Assembly (NCBI GenBank): GCA_951406725.2
Contig: OX597827.1
Location: 55,366,001-55,430,000, forward strand
Reading direction: 5' to 3'
Length of the DNA stretch: 64,000 nt
Origin: Octopus vulgaris
Lineage: Eukaryota
The position numbers and the translations under genes were made by a program. Positions 24,842 through 38,100 of this stretch are shown here, one piece after another. Below the pieces are notes generated by a model that was not told where the DNA came from, made no database searches, and saw only the letters and a program-made list of their open reading frames with translations. The first letter of the stretch is position 1. Each line of letters begins with the position of its first letter.

Positions 24842-27800
24842 GAGTGAAATAGAAAGATGAATAATCTTGTTGCAGATTAATCAAAAGTTTAACCGATACC
24901 TTGGTAGCAAAAATCACAGCAGAAGAAAGCACGGTTGGAGGTACAACCATATGGTGTTGCAACCGTGCGTTGGTGCGGATAATTGAATTTTAATATTATT
25001 AGTGAATTGAAGAAATGGAGTTGAACGAAGATTGAACAGAAATCCTTTTATTGCATTCTACACGTGTTTCGAAAGCCACAATTTACCAAATTCCGATTGA
25101 ATAAGGAGACCATATTGTGTCTTTCTCTTCAGGAAGAAATAGGAATTCCGTTGGCAAAACAAAAACAGAACAGAGGCGCAGCAAAACAAATCGAACGAGG
25201 AGGCTCCTAATATACATACACACACACAAACATATAATGGTCTTCTTTCAGTTTCTGTCTACCAAATCCATTCACAAGAATTTGGTCAACTGACGTACTG
25301 CGCAGTAGGAGTGGACTTGAAACTACGTATATGGTCAGGAAGTAAGTTTCTGAACTACATGGGGATAGTTTATAAAATATATTTGGAGTTTAAGATGAGA
25401 AGAAAAGGGAATGATATAAGAAGAACAAAAGAAAGAACCAGAAATAAACAAAAGAGGAATAGAGAGAGAGAGAGAGCAAGAAAGAGAACAGAGAGGAAAC
25501 ATGAGTGAGAAAGAAGAAACAATGTAGAAAGGAATAGAAAGGAATGAGAGAGAGAATTTGTGACTTGAATTAGAAATAATTCTGTATTACAATTAGGTAC
25601 AAGCATTTACAGATTTTATAAGATTTTGAGGTAAAATATTTGAAAGACAAATGTTGGCCTCATATAACATCATAATTGATCTGATCTACCAAAACTAAAC
25701 CAAAAATGCAATATGGATTAGTGAAGGATCTTACATGTTGACATATCTTGAATAATTGTGGATGCATCTGAATAGGGTAAAGGAAGATCGTCTTTGTTTG
25801 GAGTCGACGTTTGCTTAGACTCAGTCTTCCCCACTTTTTTGTTCTCTTTGAGTCGAGTGAAACTGTAATTGGATTCTTCTCTGCTGTTCTTTCTAGATTG
25901 ATTGTTACAGTTGTTGTTACTATTTCCTGACAGCACACTGAGTTCTTCAGATGACACACTATTTGTTTCAGTCAGAGTCACATTATGACCACTTTTGGAT
26001 TCCTGAAAGAAAAAAAAAAAACACCCAGTTACTTATTAAAAAAATGACGTAAGCATTAATTAAAACTTTATCAAGGAGATATATCGATCTTATGCTTTTA
26101 AAATTATTTTATTCATTCTAGAAGGATGAAGGGCAAATATTTAACTCATTAGCATTTAATCTGGCTCAAATATTCTACCCGTTTTATGTTAAAAATGACC
26201 AGATTGAACAGCTTACATTTATGTCAACATGCTGGTATTGGACAGGTATGCTATCAGCAAATCCTTATTAATCTCAATCCAATATCATTTATTTTGTGAG
26301 GCCCAATATCTTGAGATCTGCCCTCACTACTTCCATACACCATCTACTATGGGCATCCCCCACTTGGTATCTTTCATTCAGCATTCATCCATTTAAACCA
26401 CAAGTCTGTTCTGGCATGGTTTCTATGGATGGATGCCCTTCCTAACATCAATTCTGCTGCAGTGGACAGATCTTCTTGAGTATAGCAATGTACCAGATAT
26501 CTTGGTTCTTAGTTACCTCCTTCATAAGGCTCAGTGTTTTGAGATCAGCGTTCAACACTGTTTCATGTCTTCCTGGGTCTCCCTCTTCTACAAGTTCCAT
26601 CCATTTTAAGTGATCAGCACTTCTGTATATAACTGTCTACATCCATATCAGCTGATGCCTTAAATGCTTGAGTACTCTTTAAGTTTACATGTGATGTGAA
26701 ACAGTTGAATGCTTTCCATTCAACATTGTAAGTCACTTACTTCCCCCCAACTTTCCCATGGTTCACACAGATGCAATTTTTTTGGAAGCACTCCGTCGGT
26801 TACGACGATGAGGGTTCCGGTTGATCTGAATCATTGGAACAGCCTGCTCATGAAATTAACGTGTAAGTGGCTGAGCACTCCACAGACACATGTACCCTTA
26901 ACGTAGTTCTCGGGGATATTCAGCGTGACACAGAGTGACAAGGCCGGCCCTTTGAAATACAGGTACAACAGAAACAGGAAGTAAGAGTGAGAGAAAGTTG
27001 TGGTGAAAGAGTACAGCAGGGATCACCACCATCCCCTGCCAGAGCCTCGTGGAGCTTTTAGGTGTTTTCGCTCAATAAACACTCACAACGCCCGGTCTGG
27101 GAATAGAAACCGCGATCCTATGACCGCGAGTCCACTGCCCTAACCACAGGGCCATTGCACCTCCACTACACAGATGCAATATCACACTCCTCACACCTAC
27201 TTCATTGCCTGATTTTTTTTTCTTTAAAGAAATATCCACATGGGGCACCAGAGTAGAATAGTGCTATACCGTAGCAAACAGTCTTCACACAGTATGCTTT
27301 TTTTGCACAGATATGTTTTGTAACAGTCTTTTCAAAAAAGAAAGAAAGGTGGAAAAAAAATAAACATGCCTTCTTTGTAGGTGTTCGAGTTCTGAAATTC
27401 TGAGCAGACTGCATGTATCGTGATGGAATGACTCTTCCTGAAAGCAGAAAACTTTTTTAAAACATATTCTAGTACTTAAACACATAATGGATGTATAAAC
27501 AAAGGCATACACAATTATAGATATATCTTTTGGTAAATAATAATTATAAGCTTATACTTATAATTACTAGCATACCCATGACCCCCACAAAAATGCTGAC
27601 AGTTTTATTAATGATAGAAAATGACACATCAACACAATGGAGAAAACTATTAATAATTGTCAGCAATCTGTAAATATATGAACATACACAGAATTGAAGC
27701 ACTTGGAGAATAAGATGTAACATCTTAGATGAAAATATTACCCACATAATGAAATTTTAATGCCTCATCAATGACCTATCTCTTTCCCAGTATTTTTATC

Positions 27801-30800
27801 TCTTTTATAAAACAACACACTGCAACAAAGATAACACATCTCTGGTAGCTTTAATTTTATTTTTTATTCTGCACTATTAACAGACTGTGTAGGGCAGCTT
27901 TTCCTAATTTTTAAAACATTAAATAGTTAAATGATATTTCTTTCTGAATCCATGATAAGCTGTCAGTTAAATAGCATATTTTCTTAAAGGTCAATTTGAA
28001 CTTTGCCCCCCAATTTATCAAATTACTTAGTCATAATGGAGAGCAATGTGTAATTGCTAAGTGAACAGAACTAGCAAGAATTATGGGTTTTTACTATGAA
28101 CATAGCATAATATAATGACAGTAATGGGATATAAACTGTTAGCCCTTGTTATTCAGAAGAGCAAAATTAAATCAGTATTTCCCAACCTATTTTTCCCCTA
28201 GGCTCTACTACAACTTTCCAGAAAAATGTATACCCCGCCAGTGATTGGAAAAAAAAGCCAACTTTATTTTTAATATTTTATCACAATTCTTTGATACAAA
28301 AGAATCTACTGGTAACTTTTATTAAGTGCTGGCTTATATACTTTCCGTAATGAAATATCCACACTAGGGCATTACGATAGAGCTATACTGTAGCAGTATT
28401 CACACAGTATGCTTGGCTGAGTATAGGTGTAGTATGTTTGCATACTCTAAGGTGACATCAAGCCTCTGGAGACCTTCCTTAATCATATCCAACCACCTGG
28501 GACAGGGTCTGCCTTGGGGCTTCTTCCAGCCTGCAGTTGCTGTGTCAAATGAAAACAAGGGCATGATAGTACGATCTGATCTGATTGGGGGTGGAGGACA
28601 TGTCATTACCAACATGTAGTGGGAGACTGCAGGCTGATGCATGCGTGCACACAGCTCTTCATTGGAAATGTGATGGTACATCACGTTTCCACTTGATAGT
28701 AGACATTATAAACCCCAGTTTGAAATTTAAAAGATAAAGACACAGATAAGAATGATATCATATCTATGAATTAACAGGTAACAGGACCCCCTACAGCAAT
28801 GCTGCTGTCTTTTTCAGTTTCAAATTACTGTTTATAATATCTTATATAATTTACATTAAAATCTTAGTTAATTTATAATGAAATTACTTGGCCTAAACCA
28901 ATGAAGATAGCAAATAACAGCTAAAGTAGAATGAAAGCCTACCTTTCTTTTGAGGTTTTGATGATGATTTTGCACTGAAAAAAATAAAGTGAACAAAGTT
29001 AATATAGAAATAGCACCATTTCAAAAGCAACTTTTTAAACCCCAGGCTTTCTTCTATGAATCTCCGGCCCTTCCTTTCGGTGCTTCTACAATGGCACTTA
29101 AGGTGGTTTGATCATGCAGCCCAGCGTCCAGAGGGTGAGCTGATTCGCGATGTCCCCCTCACACCTCCACTTCCCAACTGGCACAAACGCATGGGCGGGC
29201 AGCTGAAGACCTGGGCAACGACGATAAAGGAGGACCTTTCTGAACTCTCAGGTCTGCAAGTGGTCGGTCTGCGCAGATGGAACCATGAATGGCTCACTAT
29301 CTCCAGTGACCTCGCACAGGACCATACAGCGTGGGCCGCCATGGTTCGTGATGCCAACAGGACCAGAGAAGAAGCTGGCTCAACCCGCCCTGGGTGAACG
29401 CCATCACAAGTACAAGTAAGTAAGGCTTTCTTTCAGATTTTGATTTTTTTGTCTCAATGTGAAGGAAATGGGTTGTGCTCATGCCCCACACAGGTCTTCT
29501 GAGACTTGAGATTGATGCAATTAATATGCTTCCAAAGCAGCTGTGGGTTGACAGCTGCATATAAAACATGTGCAAGGAGAGAATTCCAGAGAGCCAACAA
29601 ATTGAATGCAAAGTTCTGGGTATAGAGGTTAGTGTGAGATTGTTGGACACAATATGATGAGAAAGATAAATTGAAAGTGCCCAAACAGAAGTGGCACAAG
29701 ACCAGCCAGCTCAGAGCAGAAGCCACTGTAGGAGCTGTCGGAAAGGCAGAGAAAGGAGACAGCATGTCTAAGGTGAGAGTGTATTGATGAGTATCTTCAT
29801 GCCAAACAGTCAAGTGGCCTTTATATGTGATTTAGGTCATCAGTATGTGGAACAGCAGTATCGTTCAAGATGTGAGAATAATTCTCTATTGTAGGTTTCA
29901 CCTGAAACTTGCAGAGAGCCAGTAATTGTTAGGGACTAAAGTATTTTCTGGTTCTAAATAAGGCCAAACATTTGTAGCAATCTTGAGGGCTTCTGACTGT
30001 ATGAAACTCTCAAGATTTCATATAACCAGAAATGTAAGGGTATAATATTTTCTTGATACATATAATTAACATGTCCTTGTGCAATTGAAGGAGACAAGAT
30101 TAGTGCAACGGCAACAGAAGATATTTTTGAAGTCCCTGTTTATAGAGTCAGTGTTGATTCAGCATAAAGTAACTAGATCATATATCAATGATGCTTGGCT
30201 GCACAAGGTGAGGGAAGAATGCTTTCTCTCCTTCTGGAGGGCATAAGAAGCTCGTTGATATGTAAGATGAAGAATGAGCTGGCAGAAACGTTAGCACGCC
30301 GGGCGAAATGCGTAGCCATATTTTGTCTGCCGTTACGTTCTGAGTTCAAATTCCGCCGAGGTCGACTTTGCCTTTCATCCTTTCGGGGTCGATAAATTAA
30401 GCACCAGTTATGCACTGGGATCGATATAATCAACTTAATACCTATGTCTGTCCTTGTTTGTCCCCCACTATGTTTAGCCCCTTGTGGGCAGTAAAGAAAT
30501 ATATATAAGATGAAGAGTGGGAGAGACAAAACTGAACATTGAGCTACCCGAGTTTATTGGTCACAGAGAGATCTAGCAGTATACACAGCATGATGATATA
30601 CTCCGACAGGAAGCAATCAATCCATGAGACAAGATAGATGAAACCCATAGGTAAGCAGTTTTGCAAGTTATAAGACAGCGTTTGAAAAAAATCAAAAAAA
30701 AAATCAACATACCCTTTTGGTTCATAATCTTTATCAGGTTTAACAAAGCTATTATTTTCTATACTGGTATTCTTTTGTTTCAAATTAACTGAAAAGAGAA

Positions 30801-33800
30801 TAACACATGTCATATTCACATTTAGAGTTATCTAATTTAATACAGTTAAGAAAAGGTAGTAGAAGAATCAACATCATTTTTTTTTCTCTCTCTCTAGGAA
30901 ATACCAAAATTCTTGATTGTTACTCATGTTGTAAGTGATTTACAGTATGTAATTGTCTGCATGATGTGTTTGTACATGTTTAATGTATTTGAAGTTTTGT
31001 GTTATTACAAATAAAAACTTTATAAGTTAACATGGTCAAATCTATAGAGTAAAAATTTGCAAATTACTAAATAAGTTTAAGAAATAGATTGATTCAAAAA
31101 CTGAAGTAATTTTTCAACATTTCCTGCCCACCAGCTACTTGGTAGAGTGCAAATTAACTGCCATAAATAGAATGCTTGTTGCTATCTTTTATACAATTCA
31201 ATTGGACCTAGAAAGTGTCACTTTAGTATGCATATTTTAAGGAAATAAAATGTGACTTTAGTATGCCTATTTTAAAGAATTAAAAAGCTTAGCATATCAA
31301 TCTGTTGCAGTTATTGCCAACAACTACAAACCAGACCTGAAAATAGACAACCTAATCAAGTACTAATCTCATATTCTGAACTTTTGGAGTTTGAAGCATC
31401 CGAATTATAATCCACTGGAAGCAACAACTCACCATTGTTTTAACATCCACTTTTCTGTGATTGCATGGGTCAGACAGAATGCATTGAGGCAGATTTTCTT
31501 CAGCTGGATGCCCTACCTATCATCAAGCAAGATAGTATTCTCTCGTAGCCAGACACATTTTCACAGATTGGAAATCAATTACATCGCTTGTATGATGGTG
31601 ATGCTCATTTACAATGATCATGTGATGCCAAGAGAAGGAGAGACAAAGATCGCCATCTCAGTATACATAAACACAAATAGAATTTCTTTCTGTTTCCATC
31701 AACAAAATTCACTTATCAGGCTTTGGTCAGCTTTGGGTTATAGCAGAGGACACTTGCTTTCGTTACTATGCAGTAAGACTGAACCTGAAACCATGTGGTC
31801 GGGAAGCAAACCTCTTAACCACACAGCCTGCATCTTCATTTACAATAATTTGTTTGAGATTTAACAAAGAAACTAATAAGATATAATAAAAAACACCAAA
31901 GCGAAACCAAAGACATTACAAGAAATATGAAATACTAACTTACCTTTAAATTGTGGCGATATAACATCCACTAAAATATTTGGTATATTCCTGAAAAGTT
32001 CATTAAAGAGAAAAAAACAAGCATTATAATTACTTCAATTTACTGATAATATAGACAAAGGGATTATTTTACAACTAATCAATGATTTTAAATGACATTG
32101 TGATACAAAAAATAAAAATTTTTTAATCAAGAATTTAATATTTTAAAATAAATGATTTTCTTTCTACAAAAGTGAAAAGGAACCCAGAACTACCAAAAAT
32201 TGGATGAGCTAATGAGACAGCCTTTACATCAAGGATGAACAGCTTTTTGTAGAGGCCAACTTTTTTCACATTTGTCCAAGATCTGAATGTGTATTAATAG
32301 TTGACATTAAAAAATAACCTGCATACACTTGCCATTTTCATCACTGGAAATGTTTAGGTCAGTGTTTCTCAACCATGTTTTCCTTATGGACCCCTTTGAT
32401 TCCTATTTTATTTGGATGGACCCTCCTAGCCATTCAATGATCAGGAAATTACATTACATTTTTATAATTAAATATCATTATGAATTGTATTAAAAAATTG
32501 TTAAAATATTTTTGTGTGGTAAGAAACTTGCTTCCCAACCACATGATTCTGGGTTCAGTCCTACTGTGTGGCACCTTGGTTAAGTATCCTACAATAGCCT
32601 TGAGCTGACCAAAGCCTTGTGAGTTGATTTGGTAGTCAGTAACTGAAAAAGGCCCATTGAGTATGTATGTATGTGTGTGTGCATGTATCCTTGTGTCTGT
32701 GTCTGCCCCCTCCCCCCATCACTGCTTGACAAATGACTGAAACAAGAATAGGAGTATTGTAGAAATGTAACCAGTTTATTGTACATAAATTTTAACAACT
32801 AAAGCTTACATGGATCCCAGTAAAGAATAATAAAATAAAATCTGGCAGCAACACCACTGACAATATGTTTGTATAGTGTAGTTGTAGTTAAAGAATTCAC
32901 TTTGCAATGGCTGATTTGAGATCAATTCCACTATGCAACACTCCCTCTCTCTCTCTTTCGGAGAGGCACAAGCACCTACACGCACATATACACACACGGC
33001 AGTAACTTCCACCTGCCGAATTCAATCACAAAGCTTCGGTCAGCTCGGGGCTATAGCAGAAGACACCTACCCAAAGTGCCACGCAGTGGGACTGAACCCG
33101 AAAACATGTAGCTAGAAAGCAAGCTCCCTAACCACACAGCCATATATGATAAATTCAATAGATAATTATATCCATATGTACATGAACATCATAGTACAAT
33201 AGCAGAGACAAAAACTTGGCAGTAAATCTTAGTGACTTTTAAAGAAGGGGAGATAATTTCAAGACCATTTCTATGGTTGGGGAAAAATCTGAGATTTGAT
33301 AGCAGACCAGGTGACAGTTAAGGACATGATCATTGGGTGGCTATGGTAACAAAACTGAAACAGTCTTGGAAAGAAATAACTGATGATGACTGGCCTCCGT
33401 GCTGTGGGCACGTAACAAACACCATCCGATCGTGGCCGTTCGCCAGCCTCGTCTGGCACCTGTGTCGGTGGCACATAAAAAACACCATCCGAGCGTTGCC
33501 GTCTGCCAGCCTCGTCTGGCACCTGTGTCGGTGGCACATAAAAAACACCATCCGAGCGTGGCCGTTCGCCAGCCTCGTCTGGCACCTGTGTCGGTGGCAC
33601 ATAAAATCACCCACTACACTCTCGGAGTGGTTGGCGTTAGGAAGGGCATCCAGCTGTAGAAACACTACCAGATCTGACTGGCCTGGTGCAGCCTTCGGGC
33701 TCCCCAGACCCCAGTTGAACCGTCCAACCCATGCTAGCATGGAAAGCGGACGTTAAACGATGATGATGATGATGAAAACATGAACACACCACTACTGGAC

Positions 33801-35118
33801 AGTAAACTCCAGAGAATGGAATGTAAACACAATCCACAATCACCCATCAGGAAAAGTGATACTGACAGTTGATTTTGCACTTGGAATGATCCATACTGGA
33901 GCATTATCAGAGTACTAATTTTAGCAACCTGCAATTTGAAGCAAACACTGAAGACTACTGTCAAAGGCATTGTGTTGTATGATAATACCGATCCCCATGT
34001 TACAGTTTGATCATTTTGCTGAAATCTACTAGAAACCAAAATTTAAAGCATTGGAACCATCTTTTACACAGTCCTGATCTTGCTCCTTCAAGGTGATCAC
34101 CAGTTTGCTCCACTCAAAGCCTCAAGAGGCCATCTATTTGCTAATTGAAACTAGTAAAAGAATATAAAAACACCTGGAAATGGTTCAATTTAGAAATCAA
34201 TAAAATTGAGAGACAAAAATTCAAATTCAAAATTATAAATCCCAGGGTCAAGTTGCTTGATTAAAGGCGGTGCTCCAGCATGGCAGCAGTCAAATGACTG
34301 AAACAAGTAAAAGAGTAAAGAGTATAGATTACCCATAAGTTACTCAATTTCAATCACACTATTTAAGTGGCAAGCTGGTAGAATCGTTAGCATGCCAGGC
34401 AAAATGCTTAGCAGCATTTTGAACACCAATGTTCTGAGTTCAAATTCTGCCAAGGTCAACTTTGACTTTCATCTTTCAGGGTCAATAAAATAGCTGCCAG
34501 TTGAGCATTGGAGATGATGTAATTGACTTATCCTGTACCTCAAAATAACTGGCTTTACACCAAAATTTCAAACCTATTTTAAACACAATACATCAATAGA
34601 AGGACTTAAAAAACAAAAACAAAAAAAAGTACTCACTGTTTTGTCATCAACTTCTTCCTTAGCTTCTTGGTGGGAACTACTTTGGCAGGAGATTGTTCCA
34701 CACAGCGAGTAATTTCCAATACAGAAAAATCTTTATCATTTGGAAAACCAGACTCACAGTTGGAAGTAGTTTCCAAATGAGAACTGACGTCAAAAATTTC
34801 AACTTTTCTGTTCTCTTTGGAAGAATCACAACCCTTGACATAAAAATCAAAACAAAACAATAAAACAATCATTACATTAACAGTGTTTTAGCTTGTTAAA
34901 TATCTTATCTCAAATAAAAATTAGCACATGCTATTAAAAATAGAAGTATCAGTTGTTTTTTTAGCGGCTTACTTTGCAATCACATGGTTTGGGATTCAGT
35001 CCCACTGCACAGCACCTTGGGCAAATGTCTTCTACTATCATCCTATAGTAAATGACTTGTGAGTGAATTTGGTAAACAGAAACTGTGGAAGCCTGCTCTG
35101 TGTGTGAGTGTATGTGTG

Positions 35119-35160
<42 letters not shown>

Positions 35161-38100
35161 TAGCATACCTGTGTCAGTAGTTTACTTAATGATAGAAAAC
35201 GGCATATCAATACAATGGGGAAAACCATTAATAAATGGCATGGGTTTTATAGCTGGATGCCCTTCCTAACACCAACCACCTTACAGAGTGGACAGTGCTT
35301 TTTACGTGGCACCAGTGAAGTCTATTTTGGCATGGTTTTTACAACTGGATGCCCTTCCAAATGCCAACCTCTTTACAGTGTGGACTGAATGTTTTTTATG
35401 TGGCACCAGCACTGATGGTGTCACCAAGTAACTTGCAAGACAAAGATCCTTTGAGAGGTGGGACATTGGAGGAAGTGGCTTAGTGCTAGGTAATGAGAGG
35501 TTAGAGTGTGACAGAGGGACAGTTATTAAAACAAGAATTTTATTTAATTTATTTTGTTGTAAATTTATAATCTTAAAAAAAAAAATTTTTGTAATGTAAA
35601 TGTAGATATTTTCCATTTCAGAAATTGTATCCAGGTTGCTTGTGTGTGATCCTAAAGCTAATGGAAAAAGATCTATACTTTCTCTGTTACTGTTAGTGGA
35701 AAAAGATTCCTACCAAAATCAAATAAAATAAACTTTTCTATACCTGGTGTTCATCACAATCAGATAGATCCAGGTCCACAAGACGATGAGGGGACAAAAG
35801 AGTATTATCCATTCTACGTTCAGAACTAAAAGACAAAGAGAAAAGAAACATAAATACAATGGCAATGCTTATAGAGACAATGGTAATTTATACTGTTTTG
35901 TGGTGTAATGGAATCAATGATTATCATCAGTTAAGACAGAACAAAACACTTAATAACAATGGCAATGTTTTTTTTTAATTTTTAGTGTATTAGGTATATT
36001 CTCTTTGTGTTAAACCCTTTAGCATTCAGATTTATCTGTCAAATGTAAAGCCTGCTTAATTACATTGTTTTAAATTAATTAATTGTACAGCATCTTGTAA
36101 CTCTGAGATTTTGATGTTGTCCCTGTTTATTTTTAGAATGACTTTGTAGGGTAGGTGTGAGAGGTCAGAGCTTGGCTGGTTTGAGCATAAAACAGGAAGA
36201 CAATTTTGGTCTGATATGGCCGGTTTAAGCACTAAAGGGTTAAGAAAAATAATATACGTGTAACATGATTGAGGATTGCAGCTAAACACAAATAAATGCA
36301 GATATAAGGATTTCATGGACAAAGCAGATATAACTGAAAAAGGCAGACAAATGTGACAACAGACCTTGACATTCATGAATAAGTCAATAATAATGATGAT
36401 CACCATCACTACTACCACCACCATCATGCATCTGTTTTCTATGCTAGCATGGGTAACATGGTTTAATTGGAGCTGGCAAGCTGTAGAGCTACACAGGGTT
36501 CCAGTCCACTTTGGTTTCTACAGATGGATGCCCTTCTTAACGTCAACCACCCCACAGAGTGTACTGGGGATCCTCTTACGGGTTACCAGCACGGGTGCCT
36601 TTTATGTGTCACCGATGATAATAATAATTCTTTCTACTATAAGCACAAGGCATGAATTTGGTGGGAGGAGGCTAGTCAATTAAATCAACCCCAGTGCTCA
36701 ACTGGTACTTATTTTATGAAGCCCAAAAGGATGAAAGGCAAAGTTGACCTTGGCAACATTTGAGCGTAAAGCTGAAAAGCCACTGAGCACATTTTCCAAT
36801 CTTCAAACAATTCTGTCGGCTGACTGTCTTCATAATGAAGACAATCATTGGTATGCTGAACAAAATACTTAACAGCTTTTCTTCTGGCTTTACATCCTGA
36901 GTTCAAATTCTGTCATGGTCAACTTTGCATTCCATCCTTTCAAGGAGGTCAATAAAATAAGTACCAATTGAGAGTACTGTGGTCAATGTAATTGACTAGT
37001 CCCATCATCCAAAATCTCAGGCCTTGTGCCTATAGCAGCAAAGGGAGTTGGGAGAAACTATCATAGGTACAAGACCACACATTGCCATTGTATTTATGTG
37101 AGGAGAGGGCGATGTTGTCAATCAAATCGATTTGAATACTTAATGTCCCACCTCCATTCCACCCATAAGGATGGAAGGTAAAATTGACTTTGGTAAGAAT
37201 TTAACTCGGAATGTAGAGACCCTTTACATTATGAGGTCAAGTCCTATCAAGGTTAACCATACCTTTCATCCTTCTCAGGTCAATAAATAAAGTGCTGGTT
37301 TAACTATTGGAGTAGAGTTAAGTGACTGGAGTTGGTGATTTCCAGGTTTCTTAGAGCACGACACTATAAGTGAAAATTCCAAGTAAATCTTCTTAGTGTT
37401 TCATATGCTTTAACTCTTTAACATTCAGATTACTGTCAAATGTAATACTTGCTTATTCACATTGTTTCAAATTAACCCTTTAGTAATCAAACCGGCCATA
37501 CCCAAGCCAAATATTTTCTGTTCAAACTAGCCAGATCTAGTTTCTCACATTGTCTTTCTAAAATTAAACAATCATATTGGTTTCACATTTTGGCATAAGG
37601 CCAGTAATTTCGAGTGCTCTACTTATTTTATCAACCCCAAGAGGATGGAAGGCAAAGTTGACCTTGGTGGAATATAAACTCAGAATGTAAAAACACACAA
37701 AAATTAAATAATCATATTGAAATCTCAAAGCTATAAGATAATTCAAGACTAATTCAAAACAATGTGAATAAAGGGTTAATCATGCATTATCTCATAGCTT
37801 CAAGATTTCAATGATGTAACTGCTTATTTTTAGAATGACATTGTAGGAAAGGTATGACAGGCTAGATCTGGTCAGTTTGTACAAAATACAGGTAGAATAT
37901 TTGGATCAGATATGGCTGATTTAAATGCTGAAGAGTTAATGGTGTATGAGGTTATGAAACCCAACAATTACAGAATGTCTGTAAGGAGCAGCAGTAACAT
38001 GAAGTATTATTAGCTTTGAAAGACATTAGGTCTGGTGCAATAGAACAGAGATGCAAGGTCACCATTTTGAGGACAGGGCTCAATTGATTATATTGAGTAT

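Noticed and set aside
27090-27165. tRNA gene candidates here and at other SINE heads
   Set aside because: A/B boxes run into SINE bodies with tails and TSDs; no complete cloverleaf
27228-28413. Two similar ~65-bp intronic segments (27228-27298, 28350-28413) as possible snoRNA paralogues
   Set aside because: The second is contiguous with a LINE ORF end, so both are best explained as LINE 3' ends; no C/D or H/ACA boxes were evident
33400-33610. Regularly spaced ~61-bp repeats resembling a CRISPR array
   Set aside because: Contiguous tandem units with no unique spacers, inside a retroelement UTR; eukaryotic context and no cas genes
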